From Planctomycetota bacterium (GTDB lineage: Bacteria; Planctomycetota; PLA2; JAEUHO01), in assembly GCA_965223505.1 (NCBI GenBank), contig CBDCWP010000013.1:64001-128000 (forward strand): a stretch of DNA of 64,000 nt. Direction: 5' to 3'. Below, piece by piece: positions 60,476 to 64,000 of the stretch. The notes beneath the pieces are model-generated. The model did not search any database, was not told the origin of the DNA, and saw only the letters and a program-made list of their open reading frames with translations. The translations under genes and the position numbers were made by a program. Numbering within the stretch: the first letter of the stretch is position 1; each line of letters starts with the position of its first letter.

Positions 60476-61960
60476 TCAATGGCGCGCCGGGTTGTCAAAG
60501 ATCAACACCCCGTCCTCCAGATCACATCCCGGCAGGGTGTCCTTCTCCTGATAGTAGTCCTGCGAATTGATCCAAGGCTCTCGATCACCCTGGCGCGGGA
60601 AACTAGCTAGCGACCTCGCCATATAACCGGGCGAAAAGTCCTCCTCGTCGATAAACCGGCGCGCTGTCATGCCGGCATCTTCGGGACGCAGCCTTGGAGT
60701 GCATTGCCGCACGCCTTGGTCATCCATATGTTGCAGGAGGCGGCAGACGAATTCCGAGATCATGTCGGAGCGCATCGTCCACGAGGTTCTGATGTAGCCA
60801 AACGTCCACGCCATATTGGGAATGTCCGAATACATCATGCCCTTGTAGGTCCAGGTCTTGGCGATCTCAACGCCCGCTCCATCCACGGTGAAATCGATAT
60901 TGCCCAGGGGACAGAGCTGCAAGCCGGTGGCTGACACGATAATGTCGGCCGTCAGTTCCTGACCGGATTTCAGCCGGATGCCAGCTTTAGTAAACGTCTC
61001 AATTTCATCTGTGACGATGGAAATGTTGCCGCCCCGGATGGCCTTGAACAGATCGTTATCCGGCACGAGGCAAAGCCGCTGCTCCCATGGCATATACCGA
61101 GGCGTAAAGTGCGTGTCGACATCGACGTCCGGCAGTTGCTCCCGGACCGCGCCAATCAGATCATTGCGCAATTTCTCGGGCTGATAGCGCGCCATTTTGG
61201 CGATCAGTTCGGAATCCTTGAGATTGCGCCGCCGCAGTATCTCATGCACCCATTCATCCGGCAGGTCGAGTCCATCGAGCAAGACGCTCAGCGGCGGCTT
61301 ATTGTCTCGGGAGATGATGTAACTGGGCGAGCGTTGCAGCATGGTCAGATGCGCCGCCTTCTCAGCCATGGCCGGGATCAGGGTCACGGCAGTGGCCCCA
61401 GAGCCGATCACGATGACCGTCTTGCCGCTATAGTCCAGATCCTCCGGCCAGAATTGCGGATGCACAAACGCGCCCTGGTATTGATCAAGACCTGGAAAGT
61501 CCGGCGTATAGGCCTGTTCGTAGTTGTAATACCCCTGGCACATCCACAAGAAATTACAGGTGAACCAACGGGTTTCACCCTGGCATTCGGCCTGCACCGT
61601 CCAACACGCGTCTGGCGAAGACCAACTGACCTGCTGCACGCGGTGGCCGTAGCGAATCTGGTCCGCCAGCCCGTACTCCCCGATTGTTTCGTCGAGATAG
61701 TTCAGAATTTCCGGGGCAGTCGCGATCGGCTTGCCCTGCCAGGGTTTAAATTTGTAGCCATAGGTATAGAGGTCGCTATCGGAGCGAATCCCTGGAAAGC
61801 GGAACAAGTCCCACGTGCCGCCAAAGGCGTCGCGCCCCTCCAGGATGAGAAACGATTTGTCAGGGCAGCTTTGCCGCAAGTGGCAAGCGCCGCCAATACC
61901 GGAAATACCTGCGCCGACGATGAGGACGTCGACATGCTGATGCGTGGTGGTGTCCGCCAT
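60476..61960 (-). CDS. Flavin-containing Baeyer-Villiger-type monooxygenase (EthA-like)
   Basis: GAGISG, GGTWDLFRFPGIRSDSD, YQGAFVHPQFWP, GSGATAVT. Confidence 0.93.
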   Translation of the reverse strand: MADTTTHQHVDVLIVGAGISGIGGACHLRQSCPDKSFLILEGRDAFGGTWDLFRFPGIRSDSDLYTYGYKFKPWQGKPIATAPEILNYLDETIGEYGLADQIRYGHRVQQVSWSSPDACWTVQAECQGETRWFTCNFLWMCQGYYNYEQAYTPDFPGLDQYQGAFVHPQFWPEDLDYSGKTVIVIGSGATAVTLIPAMAEKAAHLTMLQRSPSYIISRDNKPPLSVLLDGLDLPDEWVHEILRRRNLKDSELIAKMARYQPEKLRNDLIGAVREQLPDVDVDTHFTPRYMPWEQRLCLVPDNDLFKAIRGGNISIVTDEIETFTKAGIRLKSGQELTADIIVSATGLQLCPLGNIDFTVDGAGVEIAKTWTYKGMMYSDIPNMAWTFGYIRTSWTMRSDMISEFVCRLLQHMDDQGVRQCTPRLRPEDAGMTARRFIDEEDFSPGYMARSLASFPRQGDREPWINSQDYYQEKDTLPGCDLEDGVLIFDNPARH

Positions 61961-62052
61961 AACATCTCCATCATGCTATTAATTGCCAGTAGGGCGATGA
62001 TCCCAGAGCGCCGCCGCTTGCGATGCCCCATCCCAAACGATCCGGTTCGGTG

Positions 62053-63300
62053 TTAGTGAGGTCGCGACAAGGTGGGCAGCTCGCGGGAAAAGACGCGCCG
62101 ACCCCGTTTCCACCCAGAGAGCGGCAAGGCGCATTTGGCGATGATGTCGCCGGTTCTAACCTCATCCCACACCACCAGGTCAGCCGCTTTTCCCACCGCG
62201 ATGCCGTAATCGTCGAGCCGCATGAGCTGCGCCGCCCGGTTCGTAATCATCTCAAAGCACACCCCCAAATCCGCCTGCCCATAGCGCTGCACGACATTCG
62301 CATAGAGATTGGCGATGCGCGTCAGCGAGCCGTCGCCGTAAGGCGTAAAGGCGTTTAAAACATTGTTGGTGGACAGCGTGCAGTTGGCGCCGTGTTCGAT
62401 CAGCGTATTGGCGTCGGTGACGCCGCGCATGACGCTATGCTCCATGTGCCGTCCGGCATTGAAGAGGTCGGTCGCCGGCAAGACGGCAAGCGACACCCCG
62501 GACTCGCCGAGCCGCTTGCCGATGGCCACCTGTTGTTTGACCGGCAAACAGGAAAATTTCGACCCGTGCCCAAACGCGACCCGCGCCTGCCAGCCAATGC
62601 GGTCCGTGATCTCGCACACTTGCGGGTAATCCAGTTGCTCGGCCTGATAGCCGCCATCCAGATGAAAATCGACATCGATGTTATAGCGCTGCGCCAACTC
62701 GAAAACGCGGCGGATTTGCCCAGGGCCGTCCTTGTCATAGCGAATGCCGCCGCCGATCACCGGCGCCCCGCGCTCCAGGCAGGCGACCAAATTTTCATCC
62801 GCCCCAGGCACGTCCGTCCAACCCTCCTGCAAAAAGACGCACGGCTGGATATCAATGGCCCAGGCGTAATCCTGGCGCAGTTGCTCAATCACCTCAAACC
62901 CGGCCAGCCCGACATTCGGGTCGACCTCGACCTGGGTGCGCATATGGGTGACGCCGTGCAGCAGGCACTGTTCGAGCGTCGCCTGCGCCCGCTGGTAAAT
63001 ATCTTCCGGGGTGAAGCTCAATGTATGCTTAATTGACGCCGTCCGCTCCATGTGATCGCGGATCATGCGATCCGGCTGCATCGGCGCGCGATCGATGGTC
63101 ATCGCCTTGTCGAGGTGAAAATGGCTCTCCACCAGGCCAGGCGACACCAGTTTGCCGCCGACGTCTTGTTCCGGGCCTTCGGCGGCGAGGTTCGGTTCGA
63201 GCGCGGCGATCACGCCGTCCCGCACGCCAATATCGACCGGCGGCTGCCCCGGCCCGGACGTTGATAGCCTTGCGTTTCGTAGAATGAGCTCCAATGCCAT
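62053..63300 (-). CDS. Metal-dependent amidohydrolase, cytosine-deaminase-like fold
   Basis: ESHFHLDKA, DFHLD, FGH, NNVLNAFTPYG, GKAADLVV. Confidence 0.88.
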   Translation of the reverse strand: MALELILRNARLSTSGPGQPPVDIGVRDGVIAALEPNLAAEGPEQDVGGKLVSPGLVESHFHLDKAMTIDRAPMQPDRMIRDHMERTASIKHTLSFTPEDIYQRAQATLEQCLLHGVTHMRTQVEVDPNVGLAGFEVIEQLRQDYAWAIDIQPCVFLQEGWTDVPGADENLVACLERGAPVIGGGIRYDKDGPGQIRRVFELAQRYNIDVDFHLDGGYQAEQLDYPQVCEITDRIGWQARVAFGHGSKFSCLPVKQQVAIGKRLGESGVSLAVLPATDLFNAGRHMEHSVMRGVTDANTLIEHGANCTLSTNNVLNAFTPYGDGSLTRIANLYANVVQRYGQADLGVCFEMITNRAAQLMRLDDYGIAVGKAADLVVWDEVRTGDIIAKCALPLSGWKRGRRVFSRELPTLSRPH

Positions 63301-63457
63301 GGGTTCCCCTTTTTCTGCCAGAACGATTCGCGCGCCACATGGTAGCATGAAATCCGTTGACAAGCAGGCTTGACTATGGCGGCGAGAGGGTTGAGAATCG
63401 ACCAGCGCCCGTTTTTGCCCGACGCTCCACCTCACACGTCAGCAAGGAGCTGCAACC

Positions 63458-64000
63458 ATGAGCCCTCTCGATCTACAACCATTGCCCCATTCAACCTTCG
63501 GCGGCCTGGTTCGGTTTTCCCGGCTGCGCGGATGCGCAAGCCATCGTGGCCGCGGCGGAAGCGGCTCCTGATGCCTTGCCTCGCGCGCTCGATGCTTCTG
63601 ATGGTCTGCTCTTCCTGCCTGGCCCTGCACGGCGTCAGCGACGATCCTGAGCTATTGGTTCGTCTGAGCCGGTTGTTCGGCGACGAGGTCGAAGACTATC
63701 GCGAGACGCTCTCCGCCACCAACTTAATCCACGAACAAACGCCCGAAATATTCGTGGTCTCCAATCTGCCCCCCGCCAATCGCCAGCCGCCTCCGCGTCC
63801 CGAGCCGCCGCTGAACGCAGATGGCGGCTTGCCGACGCAATTTCCGCATCGGCGCGGCTGGCATACGGACCAGAGCTACCGCCGCCCGCCGCCCGATATT
63901 TCCCTTTTTTACGCCGTGATTCCATCGCCCAAGGGGCAGGGGCAAACCCTGTACGCCAACGGCATCGCGGCCTACGAAGCGCTGCCCGACGACCTCAAGG
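63458..64000 (+). CDS. TauD/TfdA dioxygenase, 3'-partial, two apparent +1 frameshifts
   Basis: AAGGAG RBS, MSPLDLQPLPHSTFGG; after removing one base each at TTTT 63515-63518 and CCC 63623-63625 it reads ...GWHTDQSY...GQGQTLYAN..AAYEALP. Confidence 0.85.

Overview
The window appears to join two unrelated pieces of DNA at about 4755-4775. The left 4.76 kb is visibly more GC-rich and holds membrane/secreted hypotheticals (Planctomycete-like by inference) plus an OmpR/PhoB-family two-component pair whose kinase is cut off. The remaining ~59 kb is a dense accessory catabolic/transport region. It carries family-5 ABC transporters, three DHA2 MFS pumps, amidohydrolases, FdrA, an XDH-family molybdoprotein large subunit, LLM/NtaA/TauD/BVMO oxygenases and other oxidoreductases; this repertoire suggests Ca. 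Tectomicrobia/Entotheonella (inference only). No rRNA, tRNA or CRISPR array was seen. Most notable: (1) a 139-bp non-autonomous IS200/IS605-type palindromic element (42193-42331) inserted without target duplication into the NAD-binding motif of an SDR gene, whose precise excision would restore the gene; (2) a secreted ORF with an in-frame TGA followed by a hairpin (possible Sec or readthrough); (3) two His-rich uncharacterised proteins that may be metalloenzymes; (4) a stand-alone TubC-docking-like protein; (5) an fdrA cluster lacking its usual partners; (6) deletion-type pseudogenes; (7) five single-base indels, mostly in homopolymer runs, that are probably sequencing errors.
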